64,000 nt of DNA. Source: Eledone cirrhosa (taxonomy: Eukaryota). The notes under the pieces were generated by a model, which saw only the letters and a program-made list of their open reading frames with translations, searched no databases and was not told where the DNA came from. Shown piece by piece: positions 27,774-39,319 of the stretch (position 1 is its first letter; the number at the start of each line of letters is the position of its first letter). The position numbers and the translations under genes were made by a program. The stretch is taken from assembly GCA_964016885.1 (NCBI GenBank), contig OZ024757.1, positions 19,902,001 to 19,966,000 of the forward strand, read 5' to 3'.

Positions 27774-28162
27774 ACACAATGCCTTTTGCATCCCTAAAAA
27801 CTGAGGCCATCCCCTTTTCTGCAAATGAAACAACCTTGGTCTTCTTTGGAGCAGGTGAGGAGGGGGGACGGGGGGGGGGGGGTGTTTCCACTGCATGGAT
27901 TGTCTCTTTGTCTCTGGCTCAAAATAGTCAACCCAACACTCCTCATCCTGGGTTAGGAAATGTCGAAGGAAACCATCTGGATCTGCTTCAAACAATGACA
28001 GATTTTCCCATGATGTGATCAGCCCTGGTGTGCTTTTGATCAGGAGGTGTCAAAGACATGGTGTGGTACCCACCGAGCAGAAACCTTCATCATGCAGAAT
28101 ATTCTCAACTCTCTCACAGGATATGCTAATAGCATTGGCTATTTGATTTATAGTCAATCGCC

Positions 28163-28850
28163 TGTCACCCATCACCATGTGGTGAACATCATCAGTATTT
28201 TCCTCAGCTGTCACCCATCACCATGTGGTGAACATCATCAGTATTTTCCTCACCTGTCACCCATCACCATGTGGTGAACATCATCAGTATTTTCCTCAGC
28301 TGTCACCCATCACCATGTGGTGAACATGATCAGTATTTTCCTCAGCTGTCACCCATCACCATGTGGTGAACATGATCAGTATTTTCCTCAGCTGTCACCC
28401 ATCACCATGTGGTGAACATGATCAGTATTTTCCTCAGCTGTCACCCATCACCATGTGGTGAACATCATCAGTATTTTCCTCACCTGTCACCCATCACCAT
28501 GTGGTGAACATGATCAGTATTTTCCTCAGCTGTCACCCATCACCATGTGGTGAACATCATCAGTATTTTCCTCAGCTGTCACCCATCACCATGTGGTGAA
28601 CATCATCAGTATTTTCCTCAGCTGTCACCCATCACCATGTGGTGAACATGATCAGTATTTTCCTCAGCTGTCACCCATCACCATGTGGTGAACATGATCA
28701 GTATTTTCCTCAGCTGTCACCCATCACCATGTGGTGAACATGATCAGTATTTTCCTCAGCTGTCACCCATCACCATGTGGTGAACATCATCAGTATTTTC
28801 CTCAGCTGTCACCCATCACCATGTGGTGAACATCATCAGTATTTTCCTCA
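28163..28850. repeat. 44-bp minisatellite inside the mariner (~15 copies)
   Basis: ctgtcacccatcaccatgtggtgaacatcatcagtattttcctcag-type unit. Confidence 0.9.
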
Positions 28851-29232
28851 GTCGTGGCAATGGCAGGACATCCAGACCTTCAGTTATTCTCAAAACACTC
28901 CCTTCCCTTCCTAATTTCAGCTGCCCCCTTTTGCACTGTTGATAAAGCTGGAGCGTCAGCCCCTAATGTAGCAACCATGTCAGCATGAATGCTCTAGGCA
29001 GTTGAAACCTTTTTCTGCAGGGACTTGATAACACCACTATGCCAAATGTTGTCAATTTTCAAGAGAAGTCACTACTAGTCACTTTTAAAGTCCTCTTTGA
29101 ACAGTCAGATGTCAGTTTACCTGGAAAGAAACAATGAAATTGTTAAGAAGAGTTGAAATTAATACATGCAAGATTTCACAGCTCTAGCACCACTCCTTCA
29201 GCGACAGCCAGCCTATGAACTTTTCAAACCAC

Positions 29233-29277
<45 letters not shown>

Positions 29278-29507
29278 CACACACATATAGGGTTGGTTAA
29301 CTCAAGTTAATGCCCAAGTATTTTGAAGGCAAGTGACTGAAACCATTGAAGAAAAAAGAAAAATTAGAGAGAATAAAAGAGAGAAAAATGAAAAATGAGG
29401 AAAAAAAGAGGAAAAGACGAGGGAAAAGAAACTGGGGAAAAGAGGAAAATAGAGGGGAAACAGGAAAACAGGAGAAAAAGAGGAAAAGAACAGTAATATT
29501 TTCTGAC

Positions 29508-29639
29508 CTTCGAATAGAAGCTGGGTGATGTTGCTTTGCAAGTCTTAACTTTCTCGTTTTTACAACATGAGCGAGGAAGGGTGCCATTGGGCAAGATACC
29601 CAGCCATTCAGTGTATTTTTCAACTCCACAACATTCAAA
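29508..29639 (-). CDS. CD63: CD63-like tetraspanin exon 5 (EC2 variable region): FECCGVEKYTEWLGILPNGTLPRSCCKNEKVKTCKATSPSFYSK
   Basis: 132 nt, ctaatttcAG...GTCAGA. Contains the CCG and PxSCC motifs of the tetraspanin EC2. Confidence 0.93.
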
Positions 29640-29919
29640 CTGAAATTAGAACAACATATATACTGGTTTAGAAATTTGGGACAGAGAGAGAGACAAACAG
29701 AAAGAGTGACAGTCAGAGAGAGAGAGAGAGAGAGTGTGAGAGAAAGAAAGAGAGAGAGAGAAAGAGAGAGAAAAAGAGAGAGAGAGAGAGAAAGTGAAAA
29801 AGAGAGAGAAAGAGAGTGAGAGAGGTAAAAAGAGAGTGAGAGAGGTAAAAAGAGAAAGTGAGAAAGTGAGAGAGAGAGAGAGAAAAGGAGAAAGAGAGAG
29901 AGAAAGAGAGAATAGTTAC

Positions 29920-30015
29920 ATTTTTCTGAACATTATCCCAAGTTTCTCTGATCTCAGTAGAATTCAGGTAGTTGGCTTCAGCAGCAATCATTTTTTCCAC
30001 CAAAGTCGGCTTCAA
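29920..30015 (-). CDS. CD63: CD63-like tetraspanin exon 4 (EC2 helices A/B): LKPTLVEKMIAAEANYLNSTEIRETWDNVQKN
   Basis: 96 nt, ctttttacAG...GTAACT. WD.VQ motif precedes the CCG exon; contains an NST sequon. Confidence 0.92.
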
Positions 30016-30094
30016 CTGTAAAAAGAAAAAAAAAAACTTTTTTTTTTTTAACCCTTTTAGCATTTAAACCAGCCATATCCGGTCAGAATTCCCT

Positions 30095-31110
30095 CACCTC
30101 TTTCTGTTCAAACTGGCTGTAAACTAGTCGCTGATACTGATGTTAAGGTATTGTTCTCAAAATAAATACTATCAAAATCTCAGATTCGATATTACGAGAG
30201 ATATGTGAGATAAAGCCTTTACCGTGAAAAGGCAATAGTAAATATAGAGTAATGTAAATGCTAAAGGGTTAAACCTCTTTCTGTTCAAACTGGCTGTAAA
30301 CTAGTCGCTCATACTGATGTTAAGGTATTGTTCTCAAAATAAATAATATCAAAATCTCAGATTCGATATTAGGAGAGGTATGTGAGATAAAGCCTTTACC
30401 GTGAAAAGGCAATAGTAAATATAGAGTAATGTAAATGCTAAAGGGTTAAACCTCTTTCTGTTCGAACTGGCTGTAAACTAGTCACTCATACTGATGTTAA
30501 GGTATTGTTCTCAAAATAAATAATATCAAAATCTCAGATTCGATATTAGGAGAGATATGTGAGATAAAGCCTTTACCGTGAAAAGGCAATAGTAAATATA
30601 GAGTAATGTAAATGCTAAAGGGTTAAACCTCTTTCTGTTCGAACTGGCTGTAAACTAGTCACTCATACTGATGTTAAGGTATTGTTCTCAAAATAAATAA
30701 TATCAAAATCTCAGATTCGATATTACGAGAGATATGTGAGATAAAGCCTTTACCGTGAAAAGGCAATAGTAAATATAGAGTAATGTAAATGCTAAAGGGT
30801 TAAACCTCTTTCTGTTCAAACTGGCTGTAAACTAGTCGCTCATACTGATGTTAAGGTATTGTTCTCAAAATAAATAATATCAAAATCTCAGATTCGATAT
30901 TACGAGAGATATGTGAGATAAAGCCTTTACCGTGAAAAGGCAATAGTAAATATAGAGTAATGTAAATGCTAAAGGGTTAAATCTCTTTCTGTTCAAACTG
31001 GCTGTAAACTAGTCGCTCATACTGATGTTAAGGTATTGTTCTCAAAATAAATAATATCAAAATCTCATAGATTCGATATTATGTGAGGTAAAGCCTTTAC
31101 CATGAAAATA
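30095..31110. repeat. 177-bp tandem repeat of the piggyBac-like MITE (~5.7 copies)
   Basis: cctctttctgttc recurs every 177 bp, and each unit ends in the TIR gctaaagggttaa. Confidence 0.9.
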
Positions 31111-31439
31111 TAGTATCAACAGTCGATTGACAAGATCTCAGACCTCATTCGCTTAAAGAGTGAGATGGAGCTCCTCAAATCGGACCAAGGGAACAATGTT
31201 TACATTGGTTTTTCCAATTGCTAATACTATCTATCGGTCGCAAATCCAGGCAGAAGGAGCAACATGAAATAAAGTGTCTTGCTCAAGGACATAACACATC
31301 GTCCATCCGGGAATCGAACTAACAACCTCACAATTGTGAATCAAATTCTCTAACCACTCAGCTACGTGCCTTCACTATATAATAGTATACATAGAGTCAT
31401 GTAAATGCTAAAGGGTTAAACAATCAATTTTTTTAAAAA

Positions 31440-32320
31440 TAACATTTCTATATATGGGCAGTTGGATCAATTCATCAAAAAAGGACATTGCTATTAGAAT
31501 TTCCAAAGTCTGGGCTGCAATAAACAAAATGGAAATGATATGGAAGTCAGATATATCCAGAAAAATCAAAATATCATTCTTCAGAGAATCTGTTGAGTCA
31601 GTGTTTTGTATCCGGTACATGGACCCTGATACAAGCACTTGAGCCAGTGTTGTATGGATCAGGTACATGGACCCTGATACAAGCACTTGAGCCAGTGTTG
31701 TATGGATCAGTTACATTGATCCTGATACAAGCACTTGAGCCAGTGTTGTATGGATCAGTTACATTGATCCTGACACAAGCACTTGAGCCAGTATTGTATG
31801 GATCAGGTACATGGACCCTGATACAAGCACTTGAGTCAGTGTTGTATGGATCAGTTACATTGATCCTGACACAAGCACTTGAGCCAGTTTGTATGGATCA
31901 GGTACATGGACCCTGATACAAGCACTTGAGTCAGTGTTGTATGGATCAGTTACATTGATCCTGACACAAGCACTTGAGCCAGTTTGTATGGATCAGTTAC
32001 ATTGATCCTGACACAAGCACTTGAGCCAGTATTGTATGGATCAGGTACATGGACCCTGATACAAGCACTTCAGTCAGTGTTGTATGGATCAGTTACATTG
32101 ATCCTGACACAAGCACTTGAGCCAGTTTGTATGGATCAGGTACATGGACCCTGATACAAACACTTGAGTCAGTGTTGTATGGATCAGTTACATTGATCCT
32201 GACACAAGCACTTGAGTCAGTGTTGTACGGATCAATTACATGGACCCTCACAAGCAATAAAGAAGAAACTAGATGGGACATACACTAAAATGTTTAGGGT
32301 TGTACTAAACATAAACCGGC
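31440..32320 (+). mobile_element. RTE-type LINE fragment with a 48-bp internal minisatellite (31595-32250)
   Basis: YMGSWI...DIAIRISKVWAA...IWKS...KISFFR..VESV followed by repeated VLYGSGTWTL (LYGxETW motif). Confidence 0.8.
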
Positions 32321-32407
32321 ATCAGTGTATTACAATTTGCAGAGCATTGCTGGAGATATAAACAGACAAGGAAAGCCATGAAAAATATAATGGAATTTTA
32401 AACTTAC

Positions 32408-32482
32408 GTCACTGCGCATCACAAAAGTAGCAATTCCACCAGCCAGTTGGAAAATGAAGATTATGGCCAAAAGAACAGCAAA
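32408..32482 (-). CDS. CD63: CD63-like tetraspanin exon 3 (TM3): FAVLLAIIFIFQLAGGIATFVMRSD
   Basis: 75 nt, tttttAG...GTAAGT. Hydrophobic TM3 with a polar Q, in frame with the flanking exons. Confidence 0.92.
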
Positions 32483-32679
32483 CTAAAAATTGAAAAAAAT
32501 ATTTAAATAATTAGAATTAGGATTTAGATTAGGCATAGCTGTATTCAGATATGTATAGAAATTTTGTATTTCTAAAGAAACACGGTATGTTTACAGGCAA
32601 ACATTTAGAAAGCCGTAGCTATGCAAAAAAACACCGGTGTTAATGCCCTCTGGTGGTGTCCAGCAGAAGCAGGGGCGAC

Positions 32680-32725
32680 AATCGTCGATGCATTTCGGAC
32701 TTAACTGGTCCTCATCAGGATGATC
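32680..32725 (-). ncRNA. Minimal type-I hammerhead ribozyme motif on the pre-mRNA strand, intron between exons 2 and 3
   Basis: Minus strand reads gatcatc-CTGATGA-ggac(cagttaa)gtcc-GAAA-tgcaTC-gacgatt. AUC cleavage triplet, palindromic ATGCAT stem III. Confidence 0.8.
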
Positions 32726-33419
32726 CCTCCCACACTTCCAACGACTGGACTTGAAAACAGTCGAGAATATATAGTTTTTTCATCTGTGTAAATGAAGTGA
32801 TTAATCTCATTTGCATAAGTTGGCTCAACTTGAATCATCATCATCATCATTTGGCAGTATCGCTGGAGGGTTGGACGCCATACTTTGCAGCAAAGAGTTA
32901 CGTCCCTTTATGGTCTGAGTTCAAATCCGACTGAGGTTAACTTTGCCTTTCATCCTTACAAGGTCGATAAAATAAAGTACCGGTAATGTACTGGGATAAT
33001 TGCTGGCCTTGTGCCAAAAGTAGTCATCAAATGAAGTGATTAATCTCATTTGCATAAGTTGGCTCAACTTGAATCATCATCATCATCATCATTTGGCAGT
33101 ATCGGTGGAGGGTTGGACGCCATGCTTTGCAGCAAAGAGTTACGTCCCTTTATGGTCTGAGTTCAAATCCTACCGAGGTTAACTTTGCCTTTCATCCTTA
33201 CAAGGTCGATAAAATAAAGTACCGGTAATGTACTGGTATAATTGCTGGCCTTGTGCCAAAAGTAGAAGCAATTATTATCATTACTAGATGAGGGCAACAT
33301 CTCTCTCTCTCTCTGTCACACACACAGACAGGGTTAAGGAGGAGAAAGGGAGACAGAGAAGGGGAGGGACAGAGAAGGGGAGGAGAATAACGGGGGAGAA
33401 GAAGGAAGACAACACTTAC

Positions 33420-33608
33420 CACCATGGTGCACACATTATTCTCCTTAATGGCGCCGCAACAACCAAATGCAGCGATGAAGAACATAATCACTCCAACTAC
33501 TATCAACAATATCGATACAGAATTCACCGGCGTATTGAAGAAATTCATATAACCCGAGAAACTCGTCTGTACCACAACTCCTACAGCAATTAGAGCTATG
33601 GCAGCGAT
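33420..33608 (-). CDS. CD63: CD63-like tetraspanin, coding exon 2 (end of TM1, small extracellular loop, TM2): IAAIALIAVGVVVQTSFSGYMNFFNTPVNSVSILLIVVGVIMFFIAAFGCCGAIKENNVCTMV
   Basis: 189 nt open frame bounded by ttttttccAG and GTAAGT. Carries the tetraspanin FGCCGAIKEN signature. Phase 0 at both ends. Confidence 0.93.
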
Positions 33609-34402
33609 CTGGAAAAAATAAAAGGCACATCTTTAAAACTTTAGCATTTAAACCGGCCATTTCCGGCCAGAATTCTCTCATCTTTCTCTGTTCAAACCAG
33701 CTGTAACCAGCTACTCATACAGATGTTAAAGTATTGTTATCAAAATAAATAATAAAAAAATCTCATAGATTTGATATTATGTGAGGTAAAGCCTTTACCA
33801 TGAAAATACAATAGTATATATAGAGTAATGTAAATGTTATGTGAGGTAATTGTGAGGTAAAGCCTTTACCATGAAAATACAATAGTATATATAGAGTAAT
33901 GTGAATGTTATGTAAGATATTATGTGAGGTAAAGCCTTTACCATGAAAATACAATAGTATATATAGAGTAATGTAAATGTTATGTGAGGTAATTGTGAGG
34001 TAAAGCATTTACCATGAAAATACAATAGTATATATAGAGTAATGTAAATGTTATGTGAGATATTATGTGAGGTAAAGCCTTTACCATGAAAATACAATAG
34101 TATATATAGAGTAATGTAAATGCTAAAGGGTTAATTAAATTAAAAAAATCACTAAAATATTAACTCGCAACATCCTGTTCCACATGAAACCACATTATTA
34201 TTAATCATCTTGGGCGGTGGATTGGCAGTATCGGTAGAGGGTTTGACGCCATGCTTTGCAGCAAAGAGTTCCGGCCCGTTATGGTCTGAGCTCAAATACC
34301 GCCGAGGTTAACTTTGCCTTTCATCCTTACGGGGTCGATAAAATAAAGTACCAGTAATACACTGGGATAATTGCTGGCCTTGTGCCAAAAGTAGAAAATT
34401 AT

Positions 34403-35680
34403 TATGAACCATCTTGCCAACAACAACCCTGAGCACCTTTTTGATTTCCATGTGTCTAACACACGTGGGCATGCCTACAAAGTCAGAAAACAGCACAGCT
34501 CCCATGACTTTCGGAAACATTTTTTCACACTCAGAGTTGCTGAAGCATGGAACAAACTGCCTGCGTCAGTTGTTAGCTGTCGAGACACTGCATCCTTTAA
34601 CACCTCCATGGAACAAACTGCCTGCATCAGTTGTTAGCTGTCGAGACGCTGCATCCTTTAAAACCTCCATGGAACAAACTACCTGCATCAGTTGTTAGCT
34701 GTCAGGACATTGCATCCTTTAAAACCTCCATGGAACAAACTACCTGCATCAGTTGTTAGCCGTCGAGACACCGTATCCTTTAAAACCTCCATGGAACAAA
34801 CTACCTGCATCAGTTGTTAGCTGCCGAGACACTGCATCCTTTAAAACCTCCATGGAACAAACTCCCTGCATCAGTTGTTAGCTGTCGAGACACCGAATCC
34901 TTTAAAACCTCCATGGAACAAACTCCCTGCATCAGTTGTTAGCTGTCGAGACACCGAATCCTTTAAAACCTCCATGGAACAAACTACCTGCATCAGTTGT
35001 TAGCTGTCAGGACATTGCATCCTTTAAAACCTCCATGGAACAAACTACCTGCATCAGTTGTTAGCTGTCGAGACACCGAATCCTTTAAAACCTCCATGGA
35101 ACAAACTCCCTGCATCAGTTGTTAGCTGTCGAGACACCGAATCCTTTAAAACCTCCATGGAACAAACTACCTGCATCAGTCGTTAGCTGTCGAGACACCG
35201 CATCCTTTAAAACCTCCATGGAACAAACTACCTGCATCAGTTGGTAGCTGTCGAGACACTGCATCCTTTAAAACCTCCATGGAACAAACTCCCTGCATCA
35301 GTTGTTAGCCGTCGAGACACTGCATCCTTTAACACCTCCATGGAACAAACTACCTGCATCAGTTGTTAGCTGTCGAGACACTGCATCCTTTAACACCTCC
35401 ATGGAACAAACTACCTGCATCAGTTGTTAGCTGTCGAGACACTGCATCCTTTAACACCTCCATGGAACAAACTACCTGCATCAGTTGTTAGCTGTCGAGA
35501 CACTGCATCCTTTAACACCTCCATGGAACAAACTACCTGCATCAGTTGTTAGCTGTCAAGACACTGCATCCTTTAACACCTCCATGGAACAAACTACCTG
35601 CATCAGTTGTTAGCTGTCAGGAGACTGCATCCTTTAAAACCTCCATGCTTCCTGAAATTCGCCAACACTACACCTGATGT
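34403..35680 (+). mobile_element. CR1-type LINE 3' end with a 61-bp internal minisatellite (~18 copies); unexpanded copy at 60919-61200
   Basis: TRGHAYKV...RKHFFTLRVAEAWNKLP is a CR1 C-terminal motif; ggaacaaa recurs with a 61-bp period. Confidence 0.88.
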
Positions 35681-36398
35681 ATACACACATGTATATCATG
35701 ACTCATACACTGTTCACTTTCCTGACATTTGTACATTATTCTATGTACTATACATGCATGACCATTTTGCAGTGGCAGGGATGAGGGCATATTGTCTATA
35801 TGCTTCAACTTTGGCTTGTACCCGTGGGAAGTCGGGTCCTCTATAACAAGACATGAAACTATATTAACAAGACATTCTTGAAAAGTACAAACACACACAA
35901 CGAGCGAATCATCATCATCATCGTTTTTACGTCTGCTTTTCTATACTTGCTTAGGTTAGACATGTCCTTCCCAGCACCGCATCTCTCCACTTATCGCATT
36001 CCTTCGTCATCTCCTCTGCCCAGGTCTCGTTCTTGGTCGTCCTCTACTGTGGCTTCCCTCCACTGGAATTTCCTGGCACTTATTCCCCCATCATTGTCCA
36101 TGTGCATCACATGTCCATACCAACACAGCCTTCTCTCCAGCACACCTCCTCAGATATGACATTAAATATTAAAATCTTTACCCTAATACTACAAATGTTC
36201 ACGTTCTATCCACTAGTAAAGATACTATAAACATTTGAATAAACAAACCATATGAAATCACATAAGCTAGACATTCTTGAAAAGTACAAAAAAGCACTAT
36301 GACAATCATATTAAATATTAGTCGTTCTTTAACCCTTTAGCATTTAAACCAGCTATATCTGGCCAGAATTCTCTCACATTTTTCGGAGATAATTATTA

Positions 36399-37185
36399 TC
36401 TATATATATAAAACTGTGGTTGTCTGTCTGTCTATCGATTTTTGGCACACATCTCCTCTTAGAATCTCTCACGGAATTGCACCGAAATTGCTATACTTGT
36501 ACATTGAGCCCTAGCGAAGACATCGGAAAAAAAAAATTTCAAATTGGCCCACCCTATGTGACGAAATCGAATATAATGTATCGATTTTTGAGCGTAAGTT
36601 ATCAGTTATTTCCCTTTGTTCTGTTTACATTGAGCGTCTTACGTAAAAGATTACGCTGGCTTTAACAGTTGTCGAGCCAGCAAAATATTGACCTGCAAAA
36701 TTCATCAGTTCGAACACTAAGCTTCCGTTTTGCTTCATTTCCATTTAAAAGCATTTTAAAACAATATTTTTACTTGAAAACAAGTCTATTTAAAGACTAC
36801 GTAAAACAAGCAAATATTTCGTCGTTAGGCGTGCAGACAGACAGTCGTGCAGAGAGGTGATATAGGCGTGCAGACAGACATAACTGATAATTTGGTTACG
36901 CTAATGTTTTTCTCTGCGTTGCAGTGTTTACATTTTCGATCTTTGTTAATAAATAACCAGTGCAGTTTCTATCCCCAGCATCCTCTTTTGTTATAACATT
37001 CGGGTTATCGTTATGTTTTCTTAACTTCATAAGGCATATTGTTGGTTGAGGGAATATTAATCAAAAACACCACATGCAAGTCTGCACAGTAGACACTACA
37101 GTTTTTAAGCCAAAAAAGAAACTTAACATTGTAACTTTAACACAGCTACTGAGCGACCCCGAGCAACGCCGGGCTTTACTGCTAG
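36399..37185 (+). mobile_element. Non-autonomous Helitron inserted in a MITE
   Basis: A|TCTATATATATAAAA 5' end; 3' hairpin cccgagcaacgccggg then CTAG|T. No TSD; interrupts the ttatgt-agataaagcc MITE sequence. Confidence 0.88.
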
Positions 37186-37189
37186 TGTA

Positions 37190-37890
37190 AGATAAAGCCT
37201 TTACCACAAAAATACAATAGTATATACAGAGTAATGTAAATGTTATGTGAGATATTATGTGAGGTAAAGCCTTTACCACAAAAATACAATAGTATATACA
37301 GAGTAATGTAAATGTTATGTGAGATATTATGTGAGGTAAAGCCTTTACCACAAAAATACAATAGTATATATAGAGTAATGTAAATGTTATGTGAGATATT
37401 ATGTGAGGTAAAGCCTTTACCACAAAAATACAATAGTATATACAGAGTAATGTAAATGTTATGTGAGATATTATGTGAGGTAAAGCCTTTACCACAAAAA
37501 TACAATAGTATATACAGAGTAATGTAAATGTTATGTGAGATATTATGTGAGGTAAAGCCTTTACCACAAAAATACAATAGTATATACAGAGTAATGTAAA
37601 TGTTATGTGAGATATTATGTGAGGTAAAGCCTTTACCACAAAAATACAATAGTATATACAGAGTAATGTAAATGTTATGTGAGATATTATGTGAGGTAAA
37701 GCCTTTACCACAAAAATACAATAGTATATACAGAGTAATGTAAATGTTATGTGAGATATTGTGAGGTAAAGCCTTTACCACAAAAATACAATAGTATATA
37801 CAGAGTAATGTAAATGTTATGTGAGATATTATGTGAGGTAAAGCCTTTACCACAAAAATACAATAGTATATACAGAGTAATGTAAATGCT
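37190..37890. repeat. 72-bp tandem repeat derived from the MITE interior (also 33775-34120)
   Basis: About 10 copies of gtaaagcctttaccacaaaaatacaatagtatatacagagtaatgtaaatgttatgtgagatattatgtgag. Confidence 0.9.
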
Positions 37891-39319
37891 AATGGTTTAA
37901 CCCTTTACATTTAAACCAGCCATATGTGGCCAGAATTCTCTCACCTTTTTATGTTCAAATTGGCTGTAATCAGCCACTCATACTGATGTTAAGGTATTGG
38001 TCTCAAAATAAATATCAAAATATCATAGATTCAATACTATGCGAGATAATTATGTGAGGTAAAGCTTTTAGCCCGCACCCCCTCCCACTGCAAAGTGGTC
38101 ATGGAGGTGCCACGGCAAAAAAGCTCCAAGCCCACACTGTAAAGTGATCATGTAGGTACCACAGAAAAAAAGCACCCAGACCACAGTGTAAAGTGGTCGT
38201 GGAGGTGCCACAGCAAAAAAAGCACCCAGCCCACACTGTAAAGGAGGGTGATGTTAGGAAAGGCATCTAGCTGTAGAAAACAAGCCAGAATCAGTTCCCG
38301 TATGAGCAAGACAAGGTCAGCCGACCGGACACTGCCCACAAGGGGACAACCCATGCTAACGTGGAAGAACGGACATAAAATGATGATGATATATAGAGTA
38401 ATGTAAATGCTAAAGGTTTAAAGACAGCAAATTTTCACAACAATGCATCTATTGGTGAAGGAAATGCTAACATTTGAATTAACAACCGTACTTTTAAATA
38501 CTTTCTCCTAAATCATTACAGGATGTTAAGAGTTAAGTAGAGCATTTGGCAAAGTTTACTAAATAGTTAAAACAAGTTTCTTTTATTTAATGACTAAAAT
38601 ATTAAAGCACTGTTTGTTCAAAGTACTTGAGAAGCTTACAGCACTTCAACCAAATGTTGGTTTTTTTTAAAGTATCTTATCCATGTCATGGGTATAGTGA
38701 AACACTTGTGATATGAGAGAGAGAGAGAGTGTGAGAGAGAGAGAGTGTGTGTGAGTGAGAGAGTGTGAGTGAGAGACAGAAAGAGAGAGTGAGAGTGAGA
38801 GAGAGTGAGAGAGTGAGAGAGAGTGTGAGAGAGAGTGAGAGAGACAGGGAGAGAGTGAGAGAGACAGAGATTGAGAGAGAGAGAGTGAGAGAGTGAGAGA
38901 GAGACAGAGTGTGAGAGAGACAGAGTGTGAGAGACAGAGTGAGAGACAGAGAGAGAGGGAGAGAGAGAGAGAGAGAGACAGAGACAGAATGAGAGAGAGA
39001 CAGAGTGAGAGAGAGAGACAGAGTGAAAGAGAGAGAGAGAGAGACAGAGTGAGGGAGAGATAGAGGGAGAGTCAGAGTGAGAGACAAGTGAAATACTTGT
39101 AATGATATGAGAGAGGGAGGGGGGAAGGGAGAGCGGGAGGGAGAGAGGGAGAGAGAGAAGCCAGTGAGAATGCGGGGGGGGGGGGGCAGAGGCCATATGT
39201 GACACTCCAGACTTAAACATTGCCCCAGTATGGCCACAGTCTATATGTGATGGGGTGGTGTGGGGGAAAACCAGGCAAAAAAAATCAGAGATGAGAGTTA
39301 GTGTAAATAAAGCAAGGAA

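Larger units (their letters stand above)
26863..29236 (-). mobile_element. Decayed Tc1/mariner (mariner-type) transposon with two internal tandem expansions
   Basis: Minus-strand peptides WVDYFEPETKRQSMQW, MASVFRDAKGIVFIDYLEK and HSSYSSDMA (HPPYSPDLA-like). 5' TIR-like TA-TGGGTGGTTTGAAAAGTTC at ~29236. Confidence 0.9.

Noticed and set aside
38636-38700. Candidate first CD63 coding exon (ATG...GTAAGC on the minus strand)
   Set aside because: Peptide MTWIRYFKKNQHLVEV lacks the hydrophobic TM1/FN motif and the junction is not phase 0.
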